Shown piece after piece: positions 23,647 through 36,900 of a DNA stretch of 64,000 nt (the first letter of the stretch is position 1; every line of letters begins with the position of its first letter). The translations under genes and the position numbers were made by a program. Origin of the DNA: Pelomyxa schiedti (lineage: Eukaryota > Protista > Evosea). The stretch is from positions 62,001 to 126,000 of the forward strand of contig JAHLWZ010000277.1 of assembly GCA_020536535.1 (NCBI GenBank). Direction: 5' to 3'. The notes under the pieces are model-generated. The model saw nothing but the letters and a program-made list of their open reading frames with translations. It had not been told where the DNA came from and made no database searches.

Positions 23647-26600
23647 ATGTGCGACAACGAAGACACGCCGTTGCTCTCGCAGGACGACCCTTCTAGTCTC
23701 TGGTACAATTCGCTGGGAATTGAGGTACTCACAGACCAGCCGTTAGTTGTTGGCTTAATGAAATCGAAAGCAATTGCGCGCCTCTGTTGCGTGTGGTTTG
23801 TGTCTCGAGTGCACTCGTCTGTGTTCCACCTTTTCCTGATGTGTTTTTTTTTTCTTTTTCTTTTCTTTCCTTCCCTTTGCGAAGTGCACGAACCGCAAGA
23901 GACCCAACCGAAACAACGACGTGGAAGATGATCTCAGGGCTAATGCACTCAGCGTTTGTCCCACAAGTCACTTCTTATGTTCTCAATCTCCTCCAGAACT
24001 CGCAGGAGGACGACGGCGATGACAACGGCAATGCGCAGCCCCGCGCACCCATAAATAAGAAACACAGATACGGATCACCTACCCCTACGCCGACGCCGAC
24101 CTCGACGCCTACACCGTCGCCAGGCACTGCTGGCAGGAAATCTCCTGTAAAACCAAAAGGGTTTTCGAGTCAGTCTCAGTCTCAATCTCAATCCCAATCC
24201 CAATCTCATTCTCATTCTCAATCTGGGTCCCCCTATCATCTGTCAGCAGTTCAGCCCGCACAGAATCAATTCCTACAACCATCGACCCAGAATCTATCTC
24301 CATCCAAGGTTGATTCCCTTTCCTTTTTTCCCTCTACTGTTGTGTATTACATTCTTGCACTTAATACATGAATGCACTTCAGAACGAAATCACTAACAAT
24401 AGCATGTAGAAGCCTCGAGGTAGCATTGTGCAAGGCACACAAGAATGCAGCTCAAGTCCTTCTGTAGAAGAATCTCCCGCAACAGAGGCTGTTCCAACAA
24501 CCCAGCCCATTGGCACCCAAGCTATTCCAACAACGCAGCCCATTGGCACACAAGCAATCACGTCAACACAGCCCGCTGGTACCCAGGCTGCACCCCAAAT
24601 CGAGTCGGATGGAAACCAACGGGTATGGGGGTGGGGAGGGTGAAATACAATTTGATGATTATTCAGCGAAATCCCGAATGGGCAACTTTGGCTCGTCCTG
24701 TTCCAGGAGCGACCCAAGTGGTTGGCAAAATAACAGGTAGCAAACAGGGAGTTTGGCCCTTGACTTAACTTTTTCTGCTTAGAAGTTCGCACCACTTTTG
24801 GTTCGGGACCTACATGTCAGGTTAGATGTGATCACCCAGCAGTGAAGCCACTTCACTTCACTTTGGAGATGCGGAATTGGGATGGAGGTGACTGGGAAAC
24901 TGAAGGAAACAAGAAAAAGTTTTGCAGAGGATTTTTGATGTAAGAACAGCCTAACATTTTACTCTTCCTGGTAACACTGTATTCAGTTGTCACGAACCTG
25001 TAATAGTAGGTCCCAAGCACATGAAGCCAGGGGAATCAACGCTGTTGCTAGAGTCCGAACCAATCTGGATTGAAAATGAAGGCATAAGCGCCTCAAATCT
25101 TGGTTGTGTTAGACATCTAACAAGACTCCAGAATTCACATTTACTAATAATAGACACATGCAAAAAAAAATTCATGGGAATGGAAGGACTATAGAAATTA
25201 ACAATCGAATTGCATCGTATGTCACTTTTTGATGGATGGAAACATTTTCATATTTTCTTCCCAGTGGGGAGTTTGGGGCAGTATGGACAGGTTTTGATCA
25301 CTTGTTGAAAAGGGCGGCTGCTGTGAAGGTTATATCTTACAGTTGAACTGTTCCTAAAATCTTTTAGATAGTTGATCTCGCACGACTTCAGAAAAAGGAT
25401 CCCGACCTTAAAAACGATCCCAAATTTAGAGAAAATATTCAAAGGGAAGATAAAATCCTAGCCAAGTACTTGGTTTTCCCCAAAAATATCTTGTTAATTT
25501 CTCTCTAGGCTTAACCACCCCAACATTCCAAAGCTATATATGACCTACGAATCCAAGCACGGGAAACATTACTATATAGGGATGGAATTGTTGTACCCAT
25601 TTTGTTCTACAACTTTACCTAACGAAAGAAGTATCCCAGGGCGCACTTTGCATAAGGTTATACATGATAGCCCTGACAAGTGTCTCTCTGAATGTGAAAT
25701 CAAAGAAATCTCCAGACAAATATTTTCTGCTCTTGAGCATGTACATAAATCTGGTTATACTCATCGGGATATCAAAGTGAGTACTTATCCTGATTTGGAT
25801 TCCCCCTCACTGTGATCGCAGCCCGAGAACATAATCCTACGAGAGCAGCCTCCGAATGCAGCTCAGGACCCAATACCTATACCTGACCACACACCTTATA
25901 TAGTTGACTTTGGGCTGGCAAACAAAACCAAGGAAATGAAATCTATGTGTGGTACCCCAAATTACACAGGTACACTTGAAATTTTCTGCCAGTTCCCAAC
26001 ATTCTCCAGCCCCTGAAATGCTGGAAGGAAAACCGTGCACAGCCCTAGTGGATATGTGGTCTATGGGGGCTGTACTGTGGTATTGGTGAGTTTCCTCCTT
26101 TCGCACTCTTTTCTCCCTTTTCACAACTCCATGGAAACAGTTTCACGGCAAACGCACCTTTCAAGAACCTCTCAGAAATTAAAGTTGGCAAACTGGATTT
26201 TTCTACTCCATATTGGCAGAATGTCTCTGGACCTGGTAAACCCCACCTTAAAACAAAAAGTTACAATTCATAGCCTTGCAGCCAAACTGCTGATAACAAA
26301 ACTACTTTCCTGCAATCTGGATGAAAGACCCAATTCTTCTCTTGTTTTGCAAGACCGGTGGTTTCAAGCAGAACCTCTTCCTCACAATCTTGATTCCGTT
26401 GCAAAGGGGGACAGCAGGAGTGCCGTTCCCAAGGCAAAGATACCGGACCCTCCAACTACAACCGTCAAGTCAGTGGAGGTAACAAAGACATCGACATCTG
26501 ATGTACCCATGGAAGGGGTTCCTCCTCTTAAATCTGCGTCTATAAACTCCCAACAGCCTGCTCCAATCATAAAAAGTTCCCAGCACCAACACCATCACCG

Positions 26601-28248
26601 CCAGCGCCATACCCACACTGTAGTAAACAAAACAGATGTTCTCTCAACGAAAAAGAGAGAAGAAATACCCCCACCATCATCAAAGCCACAAACAGATGAC
26701 GTACCCATGGTACAAGTACCGGAGGAAGAGGACAAGTTTGAGAAAGCCTTGCAGACTCCTACTTTCCCTGAATTCAAAGCACCCTCCTCTGGGCGTAGTG
26801 AAACGCCTGTAAACGCCACTTCCGCATCGAGCGTGCCACGCTCTGTGCCTGATACAACGCGCCCAGAAACCAAGCATTCCCTCCCACAGGAGGCCAAAGA
26901 ATCAAGCTGTGGCCATCAACTTCGGTTCACAGCTCCACAGCTCACGGAGTCTACTCGCCACAAGCATAGACACAGCCCATCACCCGAACAACCCACAGAG
27001 GGGAGTGCGCCGGCACCACCAACGGCCAAACAACACCATCACCACGGCAGCACACAGCCGCACCAGAAGCAAGTTTCCTCGTCACAACCGCAAACCTCCG
27101 TTCCCCCAAATGCAAACAAGCACCACCAAGAGCAGCACAAGACCGAGCAAGAGAGGCCCGCCGTCTTCTACAGCCAACAACCAAACACAGCCGCAGCCGC
27201 ATCCACAGCAACAATCACCGTCGAAAACAACTGGAACTCGAAGATGCCTCCGCCGCCCTTCCCGGCCTCACCCGCCACAACACAGCTCCAAGAAGAAGAG
27301 GTGACCACTCCCCGCAAGCTCCCGCAAGCTCCGCTCGTGCCTTCCGCGTCAACCCACACGCCACAGGAGCCCCTGTACCACGTCAACAGGCCGGCAGCAG
27401 CCCCTTCTCCACCGCCCCTCCTGCCAGAAACCAGCGTGGGCAGCAGCGCGAAGAGCAGCAAGCCGTATTCCAAGCACGGCGGGGGCCACCACGGCCAGCA
27501 CCAGGCGGCACTTACCCCACCAGCCCCGGGGTCTACTCAAAGCCAACAACAAGCCAGCCCTGTTGCCAGCGCCAGCCTGTCGGCCTGGGACGAAGCGCGA
27601 AGGAAGCAGGAGCAGCTGATAGCAAAGAGCTCGGGCAAGTGGCTCAACACGCCGAGCCACATCTCGGGCGCCAAGACCAAGAGCAAGAGCAGCAAGGCCG
27701 GGGCGCCCGGCCACAAGAAGCAGCTGCCCATCGAGCCCTCGGGGGGTCGCACCCCAAGCCCGAGCCTAAGCCTAAGCCTGAGCCCCGGCCTGAGCCTTAG
27801 CCCGAGCCCGCCGAGCCAGACGCAGACGCAGCCGCAGGCCCAGCCCCCGTCGCCGTTCCCCTGCGCGAGCCCCGGCCCCAGCCCCTTTGGCAGCAGCGCC
27901 AGCCCCGCCCCCAGTGTCACCTCTTCCCGCCGGTACCCCTCGTCCTCGTCCCCGTCCTTGCCGTCCTCCTGCTCCTCCTCCTCCTCCTCCTCGTCGCCGT
28001 CGTCGTCCAGCATCATTGTGGGGGGGACTCTGAACACTTCATCCACGTCGTCGTTGGCGAGACCTCACCGTTCCGGCAAGATTAGCGCCGTCCCCTCATC
28101 TCCATGCTTGGTGGACGTGGGCGTCAAGAAACACCAGGCCCGTATTTTGGCTCCATCATCACCAACAAAGTCAGAGGCGTTTATCAAGGGGCGTGGGTCA
28201 GTGCTAGCATCAGAGTCTGACGTCGATGATATCCTGAACGATTCATGA
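23647..28248 (+). CDS. CAMK-group Ser/Thr kinase with SQ/TQ cluster and degenerate FHA (CHK2-like layout), long disordered C-tail
   Basis: GSFGAV, AAVK, LNHPNIPKL, HRDIKPEN, VDFGLA, CGTPNYTAPE and DMWSMG are all present. Upstream are an (SQ)n run, TQ repeats and an FHA-like beta segment. Confidence 0.88.
24491..24589 (+). repeat. 33-bp coding tandem repeat, three copies (PTTQPIGTQAI-like)
   Basis: gttccaacaacccagcccattggcacccaagct / attccaacaacgcagcccattggcacacaagca / atcacgtcaacacagcccgctggtacccaggct. Confidence 0.85.
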
Positions 28249-28472
28249 GAGACACCTCGTCCCCTTGCTCAAAACAAAACCATCCACAAATACCCAAATA
28301 CAAACCCAAACACACATGGAGTGGCCTGGTGGTTGTAATAACAAAACCCCGGTACCTCCTGTACCTCCGTACCAGACCTGAAGGAAAAGAAATAATACCC
28401 TTTTCCCCTGCTCATCTGTCTCCCTTTTTTTTAACCTAAGTTATTACGCGAGATTAACAAAAAATAAAAAAA

Positions 28473-30226
28473 ACGAAGGGCAGAGGGACACAGAGGCGAG
28501 GTACGTCGGCCAGCGACACAGCGGCGGCCGCGTCATCGACAAGCGACGCAGACGTGGACGCGTCGAATGCAGAAGAAAGCGCGGAAGGCAGCGAGGCACC
28601 GGTTGACAAAGTAAAAACTACCAGCAAATTGCATTTGGCTGCCGTAACGGGCGACGTAGATTCTGTGAGTTTTTTTTCCTCCCCCCTCGCACCCTTTTCT
28701 TTTTTACTCACATCATGCTTGCTGTTTTTTGTTCATTAGCTTGAAAAAATGTTACGAGGGAAGGATGTTGTGGACTCTTGTGATGAATTCTCTCACACTC
28801 CGTTGCATTACTCTGCGATATTTGGCATCGTGGAGTCAATGAAATGCCTTGTTGCTGCTAAGGCAAATGGTTTCTTTTGCTTTTAATCTTTCCTTCCTTA
28901 ACCAAACAACTAAAAAGTTAACCGCACTGCTCCTCAGGAAGTCACCCCACTCCACTTCGCTTCTCGAAATGGACACTTTCAATGTGTAGACCTGTTGATT
29001 AAAAGTGGGGCCAAAGTAAATGTCAAGGATAGTGAGAGTTGGACTCCCCTCCACTATGCCTGTTTTTGGTATTACACCTTTCTCTTATTATTTGTGTTAA
29101 TGCCAAGGCCAGGGGGCACTTGAAAGTATGTAGGGTTTTACTGGAAAATCGAGCATCACTGGACGGTACAATTCTCTTACTTGGCGTTATCAGCCAACTA
29201 ACTGCAGGTGCTCCTCTTAGAGAAGACCGAACAAGGCCAGACCCCTCTTCATCTTGCGTGCAACAAGGTAGTCCCTGGATTGGATCTCTCCACCTTCTAA
29301 GTAATCAACCAGTCAATAGGGGTATATTACAATAGCTTCTGAACTGATAACCGCGGGTGCAAGTATTGAATGTGTAAATAGTGAGGGCGCTTCTCCTCTT
29401 GAAACTATTCCTCTAGCTGGTTTCTTTCCCCATAATCATGCACACACCTTGAAGTTAACTGCAATACAGAAATGAGAATGCCCGCTGACAGGCCTTCTTC
29501 AACAGCTTCAATGCGGGCACTCTTGAATAATGGGCTGTACAGTGATATCACCCTTGTCTCAGCCGGAATTGAAAAACGAGGGCACAAGTGTGTTCTGGCG
29601 GCAAGGAGCCCCTACCTCCTAGCTTGGTTCAACAAAAATCCGGGTGCTACATCTTTTCAATTTCCAGATTTGAAGTACTCTCTCACTCTTGCTTCGCCAT
29701 TTAACCTTACTAGGGAAAATATTTTTTCTGCGTTTGTTGAATGGATTTATACAGATGAAAATCTTGTGGCACTTCTTTCCCACTCTGACCGAAGCGAAAC
29801 TAGTGCTTCCAGTGATGTTGGATCTCAAATGTTCCGCGACGTGAGTCAACTTTTGTTCACTGCACAAACCTATGAAGTAAAAGAGCTCAAGGTATGTTAT
29901 TTGAGCTTGTTGTTCTGTATTATTGATGGTCCTTTTGGTCAGGATTTATGCATCGCCTACTTGTGTCGAAATTTGAGTCAATCAAACATTGTGTGGCTAT
30001 GGAATCAAGTAAAAGCTTCGTACAATGATTACCCAGAGCTAATTACCCAATCAGTTGTCTTTTTCCTCAAGTATTTTTTTTATCAACCTTTTCCTTTCTC
30101 ATGTGTCTACCTAGGCACGCAGGATCCGTTGGCCTCTCTTTTATTCAGCAACTTCCCCCGTCCGTCCTGGCCTCTGTTATCCTCGACCTACCCCTCAAAC
30201 CACCCCCAGAAAAGAGTGGCAACTAA
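28473..30226 (+). CDS. Ankyrin repeat + BTB/POZ protein, multi-exon; start codon unresolved
   Basis: Ankyrin motifs KLHLAAVTG, TPLHYSAIFG, TPLHFASRNG, WTPLHYA, TPLHLAC. BTB YSDITLV...GHKCVLAARSPY...FVEWIYTD. Stop at 30224-30226 after a last intron. Confidence 0.85.
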
Positions 30227-30505
30227 TTCAACAAGCCCAGTCACTACACTGTTCATACATTCACCCCTAGGTTTTGTTACCTACTACTACTCATCCATAT
30301 TTAATGTCATCCATCCTGGACTCTTCCACCAAGATGTTGCTCAGTTCTAACTAAAGCTATATATCCCTGTGATTCTATGTGTCAAAGACTTTGGCACACC
30401 CGACTCACAGGAAGATTTCTTTTCTAAGAAGCAGTTGCTGGGCGAAGAAAAATACTTAGATTTGTTTAAAGAAAAACAAAACAAAATAGGTAAAAGTCGT
30501 AAGAC

Positions 30506-31653
30506 ATGGTGTGTGCGTGTGGTATGTCGTATTTACCACGTCACTAATCCGCGAGTACAGTCTTCACGGTCACGCTCAAGATCTAGATCGTCCTCTGGTT
30601 CTCCTCAACGTCGCAGGTGTGTCCGTGCATTTTGATACAAATACGCCTTTACTTGTCCTGACAACGTAATTCTTCTTCGTAAGTGGTGTACTCATTTCTC
30701 TTTTAGGTCGCCCATACGTGGCACTAGCCGCGAGCGAATGCACTCAAGGTGCCTCTTTGTGGGAAATCTTCCGTATAGCTTCAAAGAGCGAGATTTAGAG
30801 GACTTGTTTGAACGTTGTGGCGCAGTGAAGAACGTTACTGTGGGAATGAATAAGCAAACTGGGCAGAGCAAGTGTTACGCGTTTGTGGAGTTTGAAGACA
30901 GACGCGATGCTGCTGATGCCTTGGCCAAGTGTGTTGGATGTGGTTTTTCTCCTTCAATTTTTTTCACGCTGATCCTTAAAGTATTATTGTTTGTCCTCTT
31001 TGCCCTCTTCTCTCAACAGACCTGAATGTATACTATTGGAATAATTGGGATGGGATGGGGAGATAGAAAAGATAGAAACTACTTGCTTCTAAGAAACGAC
31101 ATATTTTGTGCGTGTTGTGTTTGGAGGGAGAAGTGCCATGTCTTTTTTTCTTTCAGTTTTTTCCGCCTGCTAATTTTCTATTATTATCACAGGTACAATG
31201 GATATGACATAGAAGGACGGAGACTCAGAATTGACTGGGATATTGGTCTGCAAACAAAAATGCAATACTATGGCACAAGACGGCGAACAGACAATAGACG
31301 ACCAAGGTGGCAGTATTTCTTTAACAAACTTAACCAATACCTGCAGTCAAAGGTCACGGAGCCGTTCTTCCTCATCGCGTTCTCGGTCACGTTCTCGTTC
31401 ACCTTCGTACTCTAGTTCAAGTTCTCGGTCACGTTCACCAAGAAGAAGCACCTCCAGGTCTCGTTCGAGGTCCCGAGGCAAGTCCGGGTCACACCACAGA
31501 CATCACGCGGGCCACAAGCATCACTCTAGAAGTGACCGAAATAGGTCTGTCTCCAAGTCTCCTTCCACTTCCACTGCCACCACAAATACTACACTTCCCC
31601 CGAGTACAATTCCCCCCGAACAAGGCCCAACAATGCCCCCCGGAGGCCATTGA
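30506..31653 (+). CDS. RS-RRM-RS splicing factor (TRA2/SR45a-like architecture)
   Basis: First coding exon is ATG only (intron 30509-30560). RS tract, RRM LFVGNLPY...KCYAFVEFED...YDIEGRRLRIDW, then a second RS tract. Confidence 0.9.
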
Positions 31654-31871
31654 TACCAGACACACCGTAACATCGTTGTTTCATAATTTTAGTCTTTTCT
31701 AAGTAAAGTGGCACTGTTCTTCCTAGAAACAATTTCGCGAAACACCAAGTAAAACCGAAGCACTTTGGATTGATGATACACCAACGAACGAGTACGGGTT
31801 GGTCGGGGGAAGCAGTCGACAACACAGGCGACTACCAAGGCGAACAACCGGAGCGATTCGACAACTACAAA

Positions 31872-33872
31872 ATGCCACGGCAGTCACAGCACCATCAACA
31901 CCAGCAATACCAACACACGGCCCCTCCTGACACCCGCGGCTCCTCTGCCTATGCTAATGCCTCGTCGGCGAGGGCGCTCCCTGAGGACGTGCGCCCACCG
32001 AGTGGCGGGGGAGGCGGCTACGGGGATAGAGGAGGGGGCCCGAGCGCGAGCACGGGAACGGGGGCGCTAGGCCGCGATGCCAGGGGCGCAGGGGGTGCCT
32101 CGCCGTCGGCACCGCTGCTGGGGGGCACGGGCACGGGCACGGGGTCGAGGGCGGGGCTGGGCGGTACGACGGGGATGGAGAGCACGTCGAGGAGGACGGC
32201 CACCGCGGCGCTCGACGCGCTGCAGGATAAGATAACACGGCTGGAGGAAGACAGGGAGGCCTTGTCACGCCAGCTTGAGGAGCAGAGAAGGGTTGGTGAC
32301 CGTCCCTATCGCATATGAATGCATTTCTATATTTACTGGGTCGCTGTTGATTTTTGTAATTATGGGTGTTTGGCTTTTTGTTTTTGGTTTGGGGTGTTTT
32401 GACTAAGATTTAAAAAGGAGTTGCAAGACAAAGCACAGAGGGACTTGTCACTTGCAAATGTAAAAATCAACTACCTCACAAATCAGATTTCATCCCTTCA
32501 GCAAGGGAACATACCCCCTGATCCACCAGATCAAACCAGCATACCTCTATCTGGGGCAAGTTCCTTGTCTAATACTACAGAAGGAGAGGCAACCCAGGGT
32601 GTGCGAGATGTAGAAATAGAGTCGCTGAGGCGTGAAATTGATCTACTTGTGAGTATGGTGAAGCATTGTCTTGATTGTAGAACCCCCCCACAGACTGAAC
32701 CCACAACCTTAAGGGAAGCACCCAAAAATAAGGCTATTCCCCAAATGTCTCCCACCCTTTCCCCGCAATCCACATCGAAAATGTACATATCACCCTCCCG
32801 TAATCCGGGTCAGACACAGTTACCCCACCGCCGGTCTCCTACAAAAGTCACTGAAGTTTGTGACCCAGCTATGGAGAGTCACAGCCGATCATTGCATACC
32901 TCTCAGCATTTGTCTTCACATTCACACAGGCACCACTCGAATAAAATATCCCTTACCACCTCAATTCCATTCATTGGAATGTCAAAATCATCATCAACGC
33001 ACTCCCTTCCCTTACAACTTCAGAAGGTGATGCATTTACTGAAACAGTGTGATCAAACAGGGCCCTACGCTTCCCAAAATGGAACCCACACCCAGGTTCT
33101 CTATAAAAGGCCTGCCACAGCGCCACCCCAGTACCAGTCGCTCTCCCGAAAAAAAGAATCCTCACCACACCTGACCCAGCGGCCCTCAACAATGGCATCA
33201 TCACACACACCTCCACAGTGTTCTGGATGCCTGTCATGCCGCCACACTGAGTATGACACTTTGACATACGCACACCACACCAATCGCAGCGGCGGCAATT
33301 GTGAATGTACCTCCGGGAGCTCTGAAAGAGGCAACACCACAACATCCTCAAATGTAGACGATGATGGTGATTATAGTGATGAGGCAACAACAACAACAAC
33401 CATGCCGGTAGCCACCTGTGACCTCTCTGAGCTCGAGGATTTCTCTGACAACGACCTTGCCAGGGTGCTGCAGTCACTCGAGGCTGATTACGCAACTCTT
33501 GGGAATGCCATAAATAACAGCAGCACCCTGTGCCACAGCCAGAGACACACACTGACACCTGATGTGTTATCACACTACGAGCACACCGGGACTGTAATCA
33601 CCCTGCTCCACAAGTACTGGGAGCTAAGGTGCAAATCCAAACAGGCACAGACACAAGCATTATCACAGTCAACACCTCAGGTATCCCCAGGACCAACCAC
33701 AGCACCACAAGTATCAACAGTGCCAAGCGAAAGGGAACCACTACCGAGGCATCACCACCCTGGTTGTTACTATCACCAATCGCGGAACAACTCACTACCA
33801 AGAAGCAGTCCCACTTCACCAACAACCTCATCAACGAAAAATGTGTTGCGTGTACACAAAACGTCCCCATAG
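31872..33872 (+). CDS. CEP57: CEP57/CEP57L1-like centrosomal protein
   Basis: Three recalled CEP57 blocks in order: TAALDALQDKITRLEEDR (localisation domain start), PFIGMSKSSSTHSLPLQLQKVMHLLKQ, and DLARVLQSLEADYATLG (microtubule-binding domain). Confidence 0.72.
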
Positions 33873-33992
33873 GCATTCCCAAAAAAAAACAAAAGTGAGA
33901 CTGAGTTGTGTAGTTAGTCTAGAGACTTTTAAAGACTTTCTCCAACTTGTCTTCTTGGAAGAGTGGCTTTCCCAATCGCCCAAAAGAACCAA

Positions 33993-36900
33993 ATGCGATC
34001 CCGTGGCAACAAGGGCGGGCGTAGTGGCAACAACAACCAACAGGCCCCCACACAGAGTTATGGGTACTGCTATCCCCCCCAACAACAACTTTACCAGTCA
34101 CAACAGCAACAACTTTACCAGCCGCAACAGCAGCAACAATACCCACCACAGCAGCAACAATACTACCCAACAGTGCAACAGCCGCCACCGCCTTTTCAAC
34201 AGCAACAACAACAACAGCAGCAGCAGCCCTACCCATTGCAGCCGTACGCCGTCCAGTATCCACCCACATCCCCGCCCACACCCACAGCGTACCACCCACC
34301 AGCGCAATCCCATAATAACAATCCGTACCCCCCGTCGTCATCGTACCAGGTCGCCCAGCCGCCGCCGCCGCCGCAGTACTGCTACCCACAGAACCCCAGC
34401 CAGCCACAGCCCCCGAATGGTTGGGCGCAGCCGCAGCCGCCACCTCCACAGTATCCTGTTCTAGCCCCTTCCGCGCTCCCCCCACAATACATCCAACAAC
34501 AACAACAACAACCGCAAGTGCCGCCGCCGCAGCAGGCCTTTGTTCAGCCCCATTCCCAGCAGCAGCAGCAGTATCAACAACAAACTGCTGTATATACATA
34601 TCCTGCTTCAAATCCGCCATTGCTTCCAACTCCGACCTCGCAGACGCCCCAAGTGCAGGTATATACACAGCCACAGCCCCAGGTAGCCTTCCGTCACAGT
34701 CCCGTATCTCCGCAGCAGTCGATTGTGTCATTACCTGCGCCTCCTCCCAGTGCAGACTCCACAGCTAGCAGCCGGCAATCCACATCCAATCCCCAAGTGG
34801 TGCAGCAACTGCCTCCGCCTGCATCATCCGCCACTCCGCCGGTTGTGCCACCTTTGACGGGTTTTCCTCCCGGCACATCCCCTAATTTAGCTCTGCCATA
34901 TGGTGTTATCCCTGGCACCTACGCCTATCCTGGGCAAAATCCATGCGCAGCAGTGCAGCAGGGCCCGGGCGGCACCTCTATTATACAGACTCCTGTTACA
35001 GGAGGTTCTTTGTCTCAGCCGGTGCCACTGCCCTCTTGTGTTGTGCCTGTGGTCGCACACAGTATCACATGCAGTACACAAAACCCTGTACCCAATTACG
35101 GCCCATTATCCTCTGGGCATGAGCATGTGGTCCAAGTGGATATCTCATCCTTAAACTACACCAACGCCATGTTATTTGAACTATTTTCCCCCTTCAATGC
35201 AAGTTCTGCCAGAATAACTAAAAAGAGGACTACCAAGCAAGTAGGCCTTGTGACTTTCACTTGTGCACAAGATATGGAAAAGGCCATTCAAACTATGTCT
35301 GGTCACCCAGTGGACACTAGCGGCACTACCCTCTCGTTTTACCAGAAAACTCACAAACCAAAACCTGGGTAAGTTCCTTTGCACTACATTGTATGTGACT
35401 GTAAAAAAGCCGGGACAAGGTCTCTCCAAAGAAGAGCTCTGAACGGACTTCTTCTGGAAAACCTGGAGAAACTCCTGTGACCTATACTGCAACGACAAGC
35501 ACCAACACAAAGATCGTAGCAAGTGAAACTACAAATTATCAGGATAACTACTGTTTGAAAGTGTGGAACCTACCAAAGCAAATCACAGAGGAGGAACTAC
35601 TTGTTTTATTTTCAGAATTTCACCCAGTTGCATCGCAACTCAGTACTTACCATGAGGAAAAAATCGGTGTTGGATTCGTTTGGTTCAGTTGTGAACGAGA
35701 TATGCTTTCGGGATTGGGTCTGAAACACACTATGGAAGGAAAAGTAGTGCAGATTACTATATGTCGAGGTGCAATCCCCCCTACAAAACCCAGCTCCCTT
35801 CATGTACCTGGTAACTTTTCCAAGTCCTAATGAACATTAGTTTCATAGTTTCATAGGAAAGCTGCCAACCCCCCAAAGCACAAAAAAAGAAATTGCAACT
35901 CCTCAATCTTCCGGTGTTGTTTCAGTCTCTCTTTCCAGTATTACTACAGTAGAACACATTAAAACTCCAATTCCACTTACTGCTGCACAAAGAGAGGACA
36001 ATCAGAGAAAAGCATGTCTTCCAATTTTACAGGTGCGAGATGAGTTCTGTATGAGACTTCTCACTGAATACATTGTTGTGTGTGTCGCCGAAACGGGGTC
36101 TGGAAAAACAACACAGTTACCACAATACTGCGCCAAGATGCTGAAAGATTCACATCAACCTGGAATTGTTATATGTACACAACCACGAGCAATTGCTGCC
36201 ATTTCCATTGCGGAAAGAGTGTCAAAAGAATTCAATGGCACCCCACCAGGCCAATCCGTTGGGTATGAGGCAGCAGGAAAAAGTATCCAAGGCAGTGAAA
36301 TTATGTTCTGCACTGATGCCTCGTTTGTTCACAAAGCTTCTAGAAATCCCCTTCTTCAAGGTACTTTTCAACACACTTGTAATTGTAAGTCGTTGGATCT
36401 GTAAGTTGTATAAGGTTATACAACATATAACACTGTTAAAAATAATGCCTTCTCAGGAGTTGCTGTTGTAATTGTTGATGAAGCACATGAACGGTCTCTC
36501 CACACTGATATTGTTCTTGGTATATGCAAGCAAGTTCGGAAACAACGAACCAAAGATTTTTACATTGTAGTGGCTTCGGCCACTATTGATGAGTCAGCCT
36601 TCTTGTCATTCCTGGAGTGCACTTCTCCAGCCCTCAAAGTTCCTGGTAGGCAGTTTCCGATTACACTTGAATACATGCCACCAGCACCACTTCCAGGGGA
36701 AACAAGAACCGAGATAGTAAATGTGAACAAGCTTATTCAAAATCACATCATTCCAACAGTTATAACCAAGCTTAAGGAATTCCCCAATGGACATGCTCTT
36801 GTTTTCCTTCCTGGACAAGGTGAAGTGGAAAAAGCCATCCAACTTTTTGATCAGCGAAAACCTTCCCACTCAAATTGGATTTCCTTTCCCCTTTTTGGAT

